A DNA stretch of 64,000 nt. It comes from Antedon mediterranea (taxonomy: Eukaryota > Animalia > Echinodermata). The DNA is taken from contig NC_092672.1 in assembly GCF_964355755.1 (NCBI RefSeq), forward strand, positions 9,982,001 to 10,046,000. The letters are read 5' to 3'. This document shows, piece by piece, positions 52,343 to 64,000 of the stretch. The position numbers were made by a program, and so were the translations under genes. The notes under the pieces were generated by a model that saw nothing but the letters and a program-made list of their open reading frames with translations, made no database searches and was not told the origin of the DNA. Numbering within the stretch: the stretch's first letter is position 1; every line of letters begins with the position of its first letter.

Positions 52343-52371
52343 ATTGTTGACACAGTTTTATGTGTATATCA

Positions 52372-55300
52372 TAGTCAGGCAGCATTTGTCACTATATTAA
52401 CTTTACTTCATATATTTAGCCAAGTTTGATTTTTCACTTTTAAGTGATCAAGGACATCACAAGAAACAACTTCCAACTTGTTGTCCAAATTCTAAACGCG
52501 TTTTTCATTCGCTGGGGGCGCTTTTTCAAAATGGCCGCCTATGCTATCAAGTACTTATATCTCGGCAACCACTAATCGTAGAGACTTGGTTTTAGTCTTA
52601 AAATGTTCGTAAGGTACATAATTCTATTCACTATAATCGAACATTTTGCCCTAAAATGACCGGAAATACTATTTCTGACCATTTGACCTTTGACCTGATC
52701 TTATCATATCTCAATAACTATTGGTCAGAAAGAGTTGATATGTATCCCAAATTGTTCAGAAAATACATGTTTCTATTTGCTTTAATGCAAAGGTTTGTTT
52801 CAAGATGGCCGGAAAAACCATATCTGACCTTTGACCATAACATGTGTGATATCCACAACATGTTGGTTACTTATAGATAACATTTTTCGACAGATTGCTC
52901 AGAACATCCATATTTGTAACACATTATTGATTTTTCAATTATTGATGCTTTAAAACATTCACTTAAGCTTGGAAATTAAAGTTTTAAAATAAATAAAAGC
53001 CACTCATTATCTCCATACATAATCCTAGCCTGTGATTGGCTGAAAGTTCAAGCAGATTAGATTTCATTAGTTTAAATGGTAAGTGTTTTTTAAACCGATT
53101 TAAACAGTGTTTGCTGGGAAATCATACTTATTATTAGTACATATACATTTACTTGTATAATAATGTACCTATGCTGATATAAATGTTGTACAGAGAGGCC
53201 TTAGTTAAATAGTTATAAACTATAGTTCCAGCCTAGGCCTTGTCGCTAACACCTAGCAAACAATGCTAGCCTGGTGAGATCCCCGTGGAACTCAGTGACA
53301 AGCCAACTCAGTGCCTGGCATGGTAACCTCCGATGATGTTAGTCAAACGATTGAAAAGCGAGACCAATTAGGAAAAGAAGCATTGGATAAATTTGTGACT
53401 TCACGAATGGTTGAAAAAACCGTAACATTTTGGGACCCTCAAAAGAAAAACAACTTCTCTTATTTCAAGCATGTAGGAGCAGTGGTGAAAACCAAAATTA
53501 AAGGTCAACTAGTTTCAATTAAGCAAGAGAGAAAGCTGCTGTCTAGATTGTTAGTTGTGGTGAAGAGCAGGCCAGAGTTCACTCTAAAGGATGTCATAGG
53601 CAACTATGAGTTCAATTGCACTCCACCATCAAATTTCCATCCAGATGGAAAAATGATAATGCTTTCTGGAAAATCCAAGGTATTGCAGTCAATAACAGAA
53701 CTCCCTCTACCAGATAATGTCAGCAGGCCTGATAAAAAGCAGCATTATTGATGGAATGTGTGTCGTCAATATGGTAAAGAAGGTGTCTGATAAGTTCAAT
53801 GCTTCTGACTTTGCATCTGAATTTGTTAACCTGATTGTTGGTATGAGCAAACCATATGATGAAGTTCGTCTTTTATTTGATCAATATCTATCAGGATCTT
53901 TAAAAGAATCTACACGAGATAAGAGAACACAGAAAACAGTTACCATTCACTACCATGTCAATGACAACACTGAGATTAAGAACATTAAGACATTTTTATC
54001 GCACAAAGAGACCAAAACTGAACTTACAAAATCTGTCAGAGAAGATACCTAATCACTTCAAGAACAACACGAAGAAGGTCCTAGTAACACATCACACGTC
54101 CATGGCAAACTGCAATCTCTCAGAAGTTACCATGATGCCAGAGATGACGCACGGACAACACACATTGGAAGAAGGGGACCAACTGGTCTTATTGTATGCC
54201 TTTGATTGTATGAACAAAGACCCAAGTGCCAATGTTGACATATTTTCTGTAGATACTGATGTCTTTATCTTTTTAACAGGAAGCTATCCTCTACTTCCTC
54301 CAATGACCACATTTTGTAGGAAAAGAGGGGAAAAATACCTATATGGGAATGCTATTACCGACTTTGAAAACAAATATCAGCAGCACTGATTGGATGGTAC
54401 GCATTTAAAGGTGCAGATAACACAGGTACATTTGCTGGAAAAGGAGTGTCCGCCCATTTCCCAGCACTTATGAAATGTGACGATGAAATACTAGATGCAT
54501 TTGCTGTATATGGACTGACCTCTGAAATACCAAATTGGATTTTCAGGCAAATGGAAAGATATGTTTGCATATTATACAGTACTTCTAAGATCAAGGCAGA
54601 TTATGTCACAGACTTGAGATGGATGTTATTTGCACAGAAAGGCAAGGAAGGACAACAGTTACCTCCAACCATGGGAACTCTTAGATCACACGTGGAAAGA
54701 GCATACTACATGTCTATTGTATGGAATTCATCATGCAAGCCAACACCATCTATTCCGCCAGCAACTGACTACTCCTGGCAACTAGAAGATGGTCACTTGA
54801 AGCCGGTATTTTGCAACAATCCACCAGCAACAGAAGCTCTTCTAGAAATTCGTCGATGGACCTGCAATGGTTCATGTTCAATAAATCGCTGTAGTTGTAA
54901 GAAAAACAACTTGCTCTGTACTGATGCATGTGAGTGTGGTGATGGATGTGAGAATACAAAGGACTGGAATGTAGAGCTAGTAGACGATATCGATGAACTT
55001 TATTGTATGTATTTATTTAGTATTATAACAGTTCCATTGGTGATTTGAAATATTGATTTTGGAACAAGGAATATCATCAACAAAACCACAAGTACAGGTA
55101 CAAGTTATAAACAATACTAGACAAATCTATAGTCTCTCAGTTGTGGATGTTACATGCATTAGGGCAAGAGGTCAGATATGGCATTTCTGTTTGCTTTAAA
55201 ACAAAACATTTAATTACAGTAAATATAAAAAGGCATACTGCGAACAATTTGAAACAAATTTCAAGTCTGTGTGACCATTTGTTACCGAGATATGATGATA

Positions 55301-55617
55301 GAAGGTCAAAGGTCAAATGGTCAGAAATGGCATTTTCCGTCATTTCTGGTCAAAATATTCCATTAGAGTAAATAGAAATATGTACATTACAAACATTTTA
55401 AGATTAAAACCAAGTCTTTACGATTAGTGGTTGCCGAGATATAAGTACTTGATAGCATAAGCGGCCATTTTGAAAAAGCGCCCCCAGCGAATGAAAAACG
55501 CGTTTAGAATTTGGACAACAAGTTGGAAGTTGTTCGTTGTGATGTCCTTGATCACTTAAAAGTGAAAAATCAAACTTGGCTAAATATATGAAGTAAAATA
55601 CAAATGCTGCCTGACTA
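52372..55617 (+). mobile_element. Academ (XPG-nuclease type) DNA transposon, internally deleted
   Basis: Termini TAGTCAGGCAGCATTTG...CAAATGCTGCCTGACTA, 3-bp TSD TCA (52369-52371, 55618-55620), ~480-bp imperfect TIRs (52372-52859 / 55140-55617). Confidence 0.9.
53311..55000 (+). pseudogene. Academ protein C-terminal part: XPG/FEN1-like (PIN) nuclease plus Cys-rich CXC domain, frameshifted
   Basis: IIDGM, FDQY, EEGD, SVDTDVF, ALIGWYAFKGADNTGTFAGKG, LPPT...H..RA.Y...W, CSC..NLLCTDACEC..CEN spread over four overlapping ORFs. Confidence 0.85.
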
Positions 55618-55704
55618 TCACCTGACTATAATCCAATGTCGGGTCTTTATATGACACAACACAATTTTCCTCTTTCAATTCGGTAGTAGTTAAACTACTT
55701 CAAA

Positions 55705-58493
55705 ATGTCTATTTCATCCACTGAGAACTTTGCATCATCATTTATGGAATTTCGACGAATGTCAGATCAAAATGACAAAATGAAAAGCTGGTTAAAAGAA
55801 AAGTTGGATGAATGTATAGAAGGAGACAGTTTAACAGGCAAAGAGGAGTGCCGGATTCTTGGAGTGGGCAGTGGCGTTGGTAAGTCAACTTCTTTTTTAA
55901 TGTCTGTTTTTTTTGTGTTATTGACATATATCATTGTAAATCTTTCTACTACGTCCAGTAGTATGAATTGACTATAGTTGAAAAAAAAACAAATGATGAA
56001 TATAGACATTTCTTTTATAAAACCAGGGAAGAGTGAACTAATAAAATCAACGGTAGAAAGTACGAAATTGGATGAACAGATTAGAATGAATGAGACAGAA
56101 CGCTTTCAACAAAAACATCTACCTGAGGCTAGAATAGATTAAATATTATTTTAGAATCGGCATCCGGCCTGTAAACAAATTAAATGTATTATTTTTGTAT
56201 TGCTTTTAGGTGAGATCGACTGTTTCATTTGTGAAAACCTTCAGAAAAAGCAGAAGAATATTTTTGTTCGTGTATTGGAACCAAACGCTGTTGAAATGAA
56301 TCATTTCAATGCAAATGTGTGTTCTAACAAATGTTTGGATGTCGTGAAATTTTACTGGCGTCAAGTTGATGCTCTCGATTACTTTGTATGTGTAACTTTT
56401 TATTAGATATCTTAGATAATTCAACAAAATACACAGTACTTAATTACATACATTGAAGGAAATTCGACCATGGCACAGATGTATGAAGAAAAGCTTCAAC
56501 CTCGCAGCAGGTTAATCTGCATATAATATTAGCGGACCATGTTAACTTAGCAAGAAGGGATCTTTTTGTTACCATATTACATCCAACAAAATAAACTAAA
56601 CCTACTCGAAGAAACGCCCCTCCTTCACTAAAAAAAAACCCTTTCAACACCCTACTTTCACACATGGAGGAAAATATCCCCACTCCCTCCATGGTACAGA
56701 TGTATAAAGAAAAGCTTCAATCTCCCAGCAGGTCACTCCATTTTTGTATTAAAGAGTAGTACCGGTAAATAGGCCTACAGTTATATTCATAATATTATCA
56801 ACATTAGCAACAACATAATAATATAAGCTCACATAATTCATCAGCATTAATGTCAAGTTTATTAATATAAACCTTAGTGCCAACTTTATATTACTCGTGA
56901 ATCGGCGCTATTTATATTTTAGAATTACTGGTATTTAATTGCATTTATCCTAAACTGACATCGTGACTTTAATTTTATTTTACAACCATTATCTTCTAAT
57001 ACGTTTATTTTTTATTTTATTACAGACATAAACAAATATGGTCGGTCGTTAATTCTTTATTTTTTTTGTGGACAAGGTTGTGCGAAACAAACCTATGTAA
57101 TATAATTACTGGTAGCGAAAATAACCTAAACTTACTATACTTTTAAAATTAATTTTAATAAACAAACCAATTATTGTAATAATATATCGGTCAAACTTTT
57201 ATTAAAGAAAAAAACAATTGGTTACCAAAGTATTTTTACTTGCTAATATATTATATACATTTTTTGACAACTTGTTTTAACATTACTGTAACTAATTATG
57301 TATAATATTATATGAACACAGTTATTTTCTCACCCTGTGGCTATAAAGTACAGTAAGGAGGCACAATTTATTTTTAAAAAAAGTGGTAGTGGGGGTATAT
57401 ACTATTTGTCGTTTAAAATGTTGCCAGAAAGAAAGAAGAAAAGACAAAAAGTGTTAGTATTATAGGAACCAAGTCAACATAGGAATAATACTAATGTATA
57501 TTTCATTACAGAAAGAAACTCGAGATAAACGGTTTCACATCATACATTTATTCCACGTACTATACTACTTCAAAGGAAATGAAATGAACGTCATTCAGCA
57601 ATGCTTCAACCAATTAGAAGTGGGCGGACGTCTTCTAATTATACAAGCATCAGGTACAATGTAATATATAACCAGACAGTTAAGCTATGATCAATCACAC
57701 CACCCTGAATAAATAATATTCACAACAACAACGACGACAACAATGTAGTTTTATGGGCACTTGGAGATATTTCTAACTAACAATATAAGGTGATTAAGTG
57801 CCTGCTTTCCAATCCAATCCTCATGACCTAGTGCCAGGGTTGTAACTTACGACTTTTATTAACTTCACTCCTTAAACCTCAAACGGGACTTATGAGCACG
57901 ATCAGTTATAAAACAGTTTATCTATCCTGTAATTGGCGAATTGCTCGCTGTTGAATGCGTATGAAATAAAAAATAATAATACAAAAAACATGAACAAGTT
58001 TATTTATTCCATGTCAAAATATAAGTATATAATATATTTGCTGGTTAATTTTCATATAAATGTGTAATAATGTGAAAATAATATTATATGTAACCTACTT
58101 ACACTCTATATTACATACATTCCCATAGCTTCAAATGGACTTCTAAGTATCCGAAAAGCATTCGCTAAAGAACTGTGTTCTTTAGAAGATGACAAATTTA
58201 ACCGGGTCTCTGGTGAAGATTTGCTGTTCATAATTAACAGACTTAGATACAAGTACCATAGTGACAACATTCGTTCATCGCTGGATGTCAGTCAATGTTT
58301 AGCAGACCCAAAATCTAAAACAGGAAGCCTTCTGTGGGACTTTTTAACTGGAGTTGATAAGTTTGTTGAAACATCTCCTAATTTGGTTCTTCAAATACGA
58401 AACATGTTGACTCTCGAACGTCCTGTGATTGGGGATAAAACTTGCATTCCCATGGATTCAATTGGAATTAGTATTCAGAAAACACATCTATGA
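55705..58493 (+). CDS. HNMT: Histamine N-methyltransferase-like, copy 2 (intact, 285 aa)
   Basis: Exons 55705-55879, 56210-56385, 57512-57653, 58129-58493 (858 nt, phases 1,0,1, GT-AG). Colinear with vertebrate HNMT: SF..F, ILGVGSGVGEID, VLEP, IH...LYY, GSLLWDFLT. Confidence 0.9.
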
Positions 58494-58620
58494 TTCACAT
58501 TAAACGTGATTATTGCCATACCAATATTTTATCATAAACTCTGGGTGACGAATACTAATTGACAATAAAAGTAACAATCATATATAACGTACTGAATGCC
58601 TATACCGCCTACTAAACTCG

Positions 58621-58940
58621 GGCCGTGTTTACGCATCCAAAAACTAACCGATAACCGATAAAAATTAACCGATAAAAATTAACCGATAACCAATCGATAA
58701 ATAGCTTGTGGGAACGGAGTTTAACTGATTCCACTCGAGAAAAACTAAAACAATTCAAATCGGATAATTATCGGATACACGCGATAATTTTTAACCTTTG
58801 ACCTAAAGGAAAAATATTTGTGTTGTGATTGGCCACTTCGTTCTTCGGTAATGACTGATCATGCGCATTTTATTTGTTAATATTACGTAAATGGTTAAAC
58901 AATTAACCGATAATTTTTGTTTTGGTTGCGAAACACGGCC
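58621..58940. mobile_element. Harbinger-like MITE with (taaccga)n subterminal repeats
   Basis: ggccgtgtttacgcatccaaaa / ttttggttgcgaaacacggcc; truncated paralogs at ~49431 and ~50284. Confidence 0.7.
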
Positions 58941-59224
58941 TTCGTCACATAATAATCTCTTTATATATAAAATAAGTGTATAGATATGTGTTATGTGATA
59001 TGATATGTGATTATGTGAAGTATTTCATTGTTTTATAATAATAGTAAAAGTATAATTTGTTTAAATTACGCTATCAGTAAGTATAATAATTGGTAGCACT
59101 GCATTTAATATACTTTGATGGCGCTAGTTACACTCCGTTATGAGTGTGCAATGAATGACGTAATGCATTGGTAGTAAGATGGGGAGTCAGGTTCGTTGCA
59201 ATTGTAAATAAAGTATAAGATATA

Positions 59225-59694
59225 CTGATAAACGTGGTGGTGGTATCCTGATGCTAGTGAACAACAAATTTACCTGTAACCGAGTGGAACGCCTAGAAAG
59301 TGATTCAACAGAGTTCATGTGGATAGAGATTCAGCTAAAGCGGCGTAAAAGCCTCTTGTTGGATTATTTTATAGACCACCGAACGCTACACTCGATGTCC
59401 TCCGTCGTTATACTTCGTCTGTGGAAATCGCTATGCTCTACTATAAAAACAGTGAATTCCTCATTCTTGGAGATTTCAACCTGCCCGAAATTAATTGGAG
59501 TGGCAACCCTCATTCTGCTCCAGCTCAGTCCATGGGAGAACACTTACTTGATGTATTGCTTTCTAACTGTGGCCTATTTCAATGCAATACGTATTGTACT
59601 GGATAAAATGCTTGATCTTGTTATTTGTAGTAAAAACATTTCCGACAAAGTCTATACTGCTAACGATATTTTTTTATCTGACCACTCATCTTTG
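59225..59694 (+). mobile_element. CR1/L2-type LINE ORF2 fragment (APE endonuclease), frameshifted
   Basis: RGGGILMLV, EFMWIEI, YRPP, ILGDFNLPEINW, LDLV, SDH motifs across ORFs 59251 and 59421. Confidence 0.85.
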
Positions 59695-59923
59695 CACAGC
59701 AAAATTCTGATTCTTGTTTTAAGAAAAAAAAAACTTGTTTCAAGCAAAATATTTCTTGAAACAAGTAAATTTTGACTTGTCCGTATTTCAATACTTTTTG
59801 GCTTACCAAGAATCGTAAAATTCTTAACAAGAATCACACAAATTCTTATCAAGAAAATTATTCTTACCAAGAAATAATACTTTAAGAACAATATTCTTAC
59901 CAAGAATTTAATTGCTTTTTTCA

Positions 59924-61225
59924 TTCTTGTTTTAAGCAGTATCTTCCTTAAAATAAGTAAGAATATTCCGATTTTTATTTTTTGAATTCTTGTTTCAAGC
60001 AATATTTTTCTTAAAATAAGTACGAATATTCCGATTTGTATTTTTTGAATTCTTGTTTCAAGCAATATTTTTCTTAAAATAAGTAAGAATATTCCGATTT
60101 GTATTTTTTGAATTCTTGTTTCAAGCAATATTTTTCTTAAAATAAGTACGAATATTCCGATTTGTATTTTTTGAATTCTTGTTTCAAGCAATTTTTTTCT
60201 TAAAATAAGTAAGAATATTCCGATTTGTATTTTTTGAATTCTTGTTTCAAGCAAAATATTTCTTAAAATAAGTAAGAATATTCCGATTTTTATTTGTAGA
60301 ATTCTTGTTTCAAGCAATATTTTTCTTAAAATAAGTAAGAATATTCCGATTTGTATTTTTTAGAATTCTTGTTTTAAGCAATATTTTTCTTAAAATAAGT
60401 AAGAATATTCCGATTTTTAATTTTAATATTCTTGTTTCAAGCAATATTTTTCTTAAAATAAGTAAGAATATTCCGATTTGTATTTTTTGAATTCTTGTTT
60501 CAAGCAATATTTTTCTTAAAATAAGTAAGAATATTCCGATTTGTATTTTTTGAATTCTTGTTTCAAGCAATTTTTTTCTTAAAATAAGTAAGAATATTCC
60601 GATTTGTATTTTTTGAATTCTTGTTTCAAGCAAAATATTTCTTAAAATAAGTAAGAATATTCCGATTTTTATTTGTAGAATTCTTGTTTCAAGCAATATT
60701 TTTCTTAAAATAAGTAAGAATATTCCGATTTGTATTTTTTAGAATTCTTGTTTTAAGCAATATTTTTCTTAAAATAAGTAAGAATATTCCGATTTTTAAT
60801 TTTAATATTCTTGTTTCAAGCAATATATTTCTTAAAATAAGTAAGAATATTCCGATTTGTATTTTTTGAATTCTTGTTTCAAGCAATATTTTTCTTAAAA
60901 TAAGTAAGAATATTCCGATTTGTATTTTTTGAATTCTTGTTTCAAGCAATATTTTTCTTAAAATAAGTAAGAATATTCCGATTTGTATTTTTTGAATTCT
61001 TGTTTCAAGCAATATATTTCTTAAAATAAGTAAGAATATTCCGATTTTTATTTGTAGAATTCTTGTTTCAAGCAATATTTTTCTTAAAATAAGTAAGAAT
61101 ATTCCGGTTTGTATTTTTTAAAATTCTTGTTTTAAGCAATATTTTTCTTAAAATAAGTAAGAATATTCCGATTTTTATTTGTAGAATTCTTGTTTCAAGC
61201 AAAACTTTTTTAAAAATAAGTAAAC
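59924..61225. repeat. 63-bp tandem satellite (~20 copies) with 379-bp higher-order repeat
   Basis: Unit ttcttgtttcaagcaatatttttcttaaaataagtaagaatattccgatttgtattttttgaa; near-identical ORFs at 60310 and 60689 show a 6-mer period; inverted units at ~61255-61365. Confidence 0.97.
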
Positions 61226-61562
61226 AAGAAGTCTATCAAATAAAAACCAGTAAATGTTTACTTATTTTAAGAAAAGTATTGCTTGAAACAAGAATTCTAT
61301 CAAATTAAAATTCGTAAATTCTTACTTATATTGGGAAAAAAATTGCTTGAAACAAGAATTCTATAAAATATAAATCATTAAAAATTTATTTTAAGAACGA
61401 TAAATGAATACTCATTTTAAGAAATATTTTACTTAAACAAATAAATTCAAGAATGTTATAAAACATAATATTAACAATACTGTTATTTTCATTAAGAACT
61501 ACAATTTACATGACATTAGGTACAATAATATATACAACTTCTTTAAAACAAACTTGTTTTTA

Positions 61563-63750
61563 TTAATAATAAAATGCCATCAAAAGAAAACTTAAAAACA
61601 TTAAAATGGTAAAATACAAATTTCGTAAAATTCTTCTCCCGCACCTGGGCTTTAAACTATTAGAGGTGTCTTTAAATTTATTAATGTATACTAATGATGA
61701 TTCAACAGCCTTTGTCAAGTGTACAGGTGTGTTTTCATCACAAATCACTAACTGTTAAAGGATAGTGAGGCCTACTTCTTTTCATTTTGGATAATCGAAA
61801 TCCAGAAGGTAAAAAGTGGAGAGGAGAGTAACTAGAGCCTCATCTAATTTTGCTTTCTTTGTAGTTAGAATTGTTTGCTAAACTTTAATGTAGGCCATTT
61901 CTGTGTCCAAAAGCAATACCGGCATATTACCTGATCGGCGTGAAGACCAGGATTCTGGATCTTTATTCATGTTCCTAAAAATGAAAAGAGATTAATATAG
62001 TTTTAGTTATTACTGTATTTAAAATATGTGTAACATCATCAACTAATTTGGTACGGTGTGGTTTTAGAGTCCTATATCTGGGGCGGTAAACACAAAAACA
62101 TGACGCAATATTAGAACGGTGGTAAGAATAATTTTACATTATAAGGTGGGTGGAATATGCATTTGAACTTTTTAATCGCAAACTTTGCCCTGTTTATACC
62201 GATCCCAAAGACAGGCATGGCTGTATCTATTATTTTTAGTTAAATTATTAGGGTCTAAATTTATTTTTAATATTACTATTTAGGAAGACAATACGCAAAA
62301 CGGTGCTCAATCCTGATTGATGTTTTTATTCCGTATCAATGTTTATAATAACAATCATACAATTAAATGTAAATTTTGTTTAATTGTTTGATTTTAATAA
62401 ATTATTGTAAACATAGTATATACCTCGAATTTTAAGCTAAGATAAATTTGATTTTAAAAAAACACTTTAAGATATTTTTTTTTAATGTACATAATGTTAC
62501 TTGTATTTTAAATTTAAAATACCTTCAAGGTCGGCAGACTTTTTTTGATGAGTTTTTCCCAACAAATATGTTTGACAGATTTGACAACATATTATGGGTT
62601 ATCTTTGAACCTAACCAAAAATAACAAATTGAAAACATTATATTATATAAATTTATTTAAATGAGTGGAATAATGTATGGACATAAACTTGATATACTGT
62701 AGCTCAAATTTTTAATAATGTAGCCTACAGTTTTGTAGGTGGTCAATGTAAAAGGAAGGGGAAAGGGTGGGCTGGCCAGGAGAGCATTAATATGTCAAAA
62801 ATTAATATTCATAAGTCATTTATTTAATTTTAGTTGTCAAAGGGAGGAGTGCATGACACTAGCTTGAGTCGAACCAAGCTGTTAAAAATACGTACACAAT
62901 ATATTTCCTCACTACCATTGGTCCATTATAAAACTATTTATGAATAGATAAAAGTACAAAAACATACACTGTACTTACCAGATGGAGGACTGGTGTTTCT
63001 CTTTAAAATACCAAAATAAACTATATTATTCTCTTCTTTGGAAAAATTTGCTAAGCACTTGTTTAAAAAGCTTTCTTTTGTATTTCATTCCTCTTTGCCT
63101 AGTAATAATTAGTATCCTTCGAACTTCTTCAATTACCTAACAAATAATTTAAGATATTGTAAATAACACAGTTTTTTAAAAAGAAATTTAATATAACAAT
63201 TTTAGTTATGCAGTACGTATGTTTTTTGTTTGTTTTTTTAGTATGTTTTTTTTTAATTTAGAGTTAAAAACGTTAAGTTTCAATATCGATGTGATCACTT
63301 CGGGGATTACTTAGTGTGTACAATTAATTAAATATAAAGAAGTGTTTTTAAATGTCATTACATTTCTCATTGGAATATGTGTATATAATATAATCCTTCG
63401 TAGATATTTCATGGCTACATTACAAAATAACTGTTACATTATAATTGTATTATCTATTATTAGGCCTTCCTTATACCTAGCTGAAATAGGTCCGACAATA
63501 TTTGTCCCCTCTGTCAATGTCTGAACTAAAATGCTAAGCTAAACCTATACACCTGGTCCGTCAGTACAGGCATAGTAGGCTAGCCTAGACCTACTAGTTC
63601 CAGGCCTACAGTATTACTTACTAGGAAGGAGCCTAGGCTAGGCCTAGACTGCTGGCAGATTAAAATATAATTATTAGGCCTACGAACCTGTTAAAATGTT
63701 GGCCACTTCTTCATCTATTTCTTCAACAAAGCGTCTTCCTTCGACATTAT
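61563..63750 (-). pseudogene. Degenerate multi-exon gene, transposon-accessory (SAMD3-like C-terminus) type
   Basis: Minus strand 61975-61660 reads ...LDEALVTLLSTFYLLDFDYPK*KEVGLTIL*QLV... with three stops; putative upstream exons ~62979-63136 (ag/gtaagt) and ~63688-63750. Family resemblance is from memory. Confidence 0.4.
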
Positions 63751-64000
63751 ATTAGACTAATCTTACTAGGCCTATTGAAGCATTTAATATATAAATTGCG
63801 ATGAAAGGTGTCTTTTACTTACAAACTCTAGATTTTGAATGATTACTTTAAAAAACCGTTGGCCATGATCCCGCCGGGAGCTAGGTCATCGACCACACAC
63901 AGTGTTGTTTTTCAACTATAACCAACAATTTATCGCTGGCCTTTTACCCAGAATGTATAAGGTCATTATACTGCTCAACGTTAAAGCATGGAGGTATAAA

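Larger units (their letters stand above)
42945..58790 (+). repeat. Head-to-tail segmental duplication carrying the HNMT-like gene (unit 1 ~42945-50520, unit 2 ~50520-58790)
   Basis: Upstream 42974-43296 matches 50571-50896; exons and introns are colinear; downstream 49230-49560 matches 58540-58780. Confidence 0.9.
59695..64000. mobile_element. Probable CACTA/EnSpm-type DNA transposon end, running off the window
   Basis: Starts CACAGCAAAA exactly where the LINE is cut; followed by subterminal 63-bp repeats in both orientations and a degenerate accessory-type gene. The other end is not seen. Confidence 0.45.

Noticed and set aside
12399-58493. Functional neurotransmitter cluster (nAChR next to HNMT-like genes)
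   Set aside because: Adjacency alone is weak evidence in an animal genome, and the HNMT-like pocket appears not to be histamine-specific; conserved synteny or co-expression would be needed.
59652-61075. Long repetitive minus-strand ORFs (LETRIQKIQIGIFLLILRKIL)n
   Set aside because: Translation of a 63-bp satellite; the frame breaks every 379 bp; no splice or start context.

Overview
AT-rich metazoan genomic DNA with GT-AG introns. A Deu/Nin-type SINE domain and the transposon repertoire suggest a marine invertebrate, possibly an echinoderm (inference only). Host genes, all on +: (1) a six-exon Cys-loop nicotinic acetylcholine receptor alpha subunit (12399-35060, 531 aa, 14.3-kb intron 2) whose M1-M2 linker lacks the cation-selectivity Glu (GEK -> GVVK); (2) two tandem four-exon histamine N-methyltransferase-like paralogs, copy 1 (45143-48232) with a 1-bp frameshift in exon 4 and copy 2 (55705-58493) intact at 285 aa, both with altered substrate-pocket residues. 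The rest is a dense mobile-element landscape: an internally deleted Academ (XPG-type) transposon with ~480-bp TIRs and a 3-bp TSD; a piggyBac relic flanked by an atypical 23-bp duplication, with the empty site visible in the paralog; ISL2EU-, Kolobok- and Harbinger-type MITEs; DINE-1/HINE-like Helentron elements; a Penelope-type fragment with a minimal hammerhead ribozyme in the receptor intron; a fold-back element enclosing a tRNA-like gene; a CR1/L2 endonuclease fragment; a probable CACTA/EnSpm end with a 63-bp satellite; and a hairpin-built satellite. No prokaryotic features or CRISPR arrays. All family assignments come from recognition by eye, not database searches.
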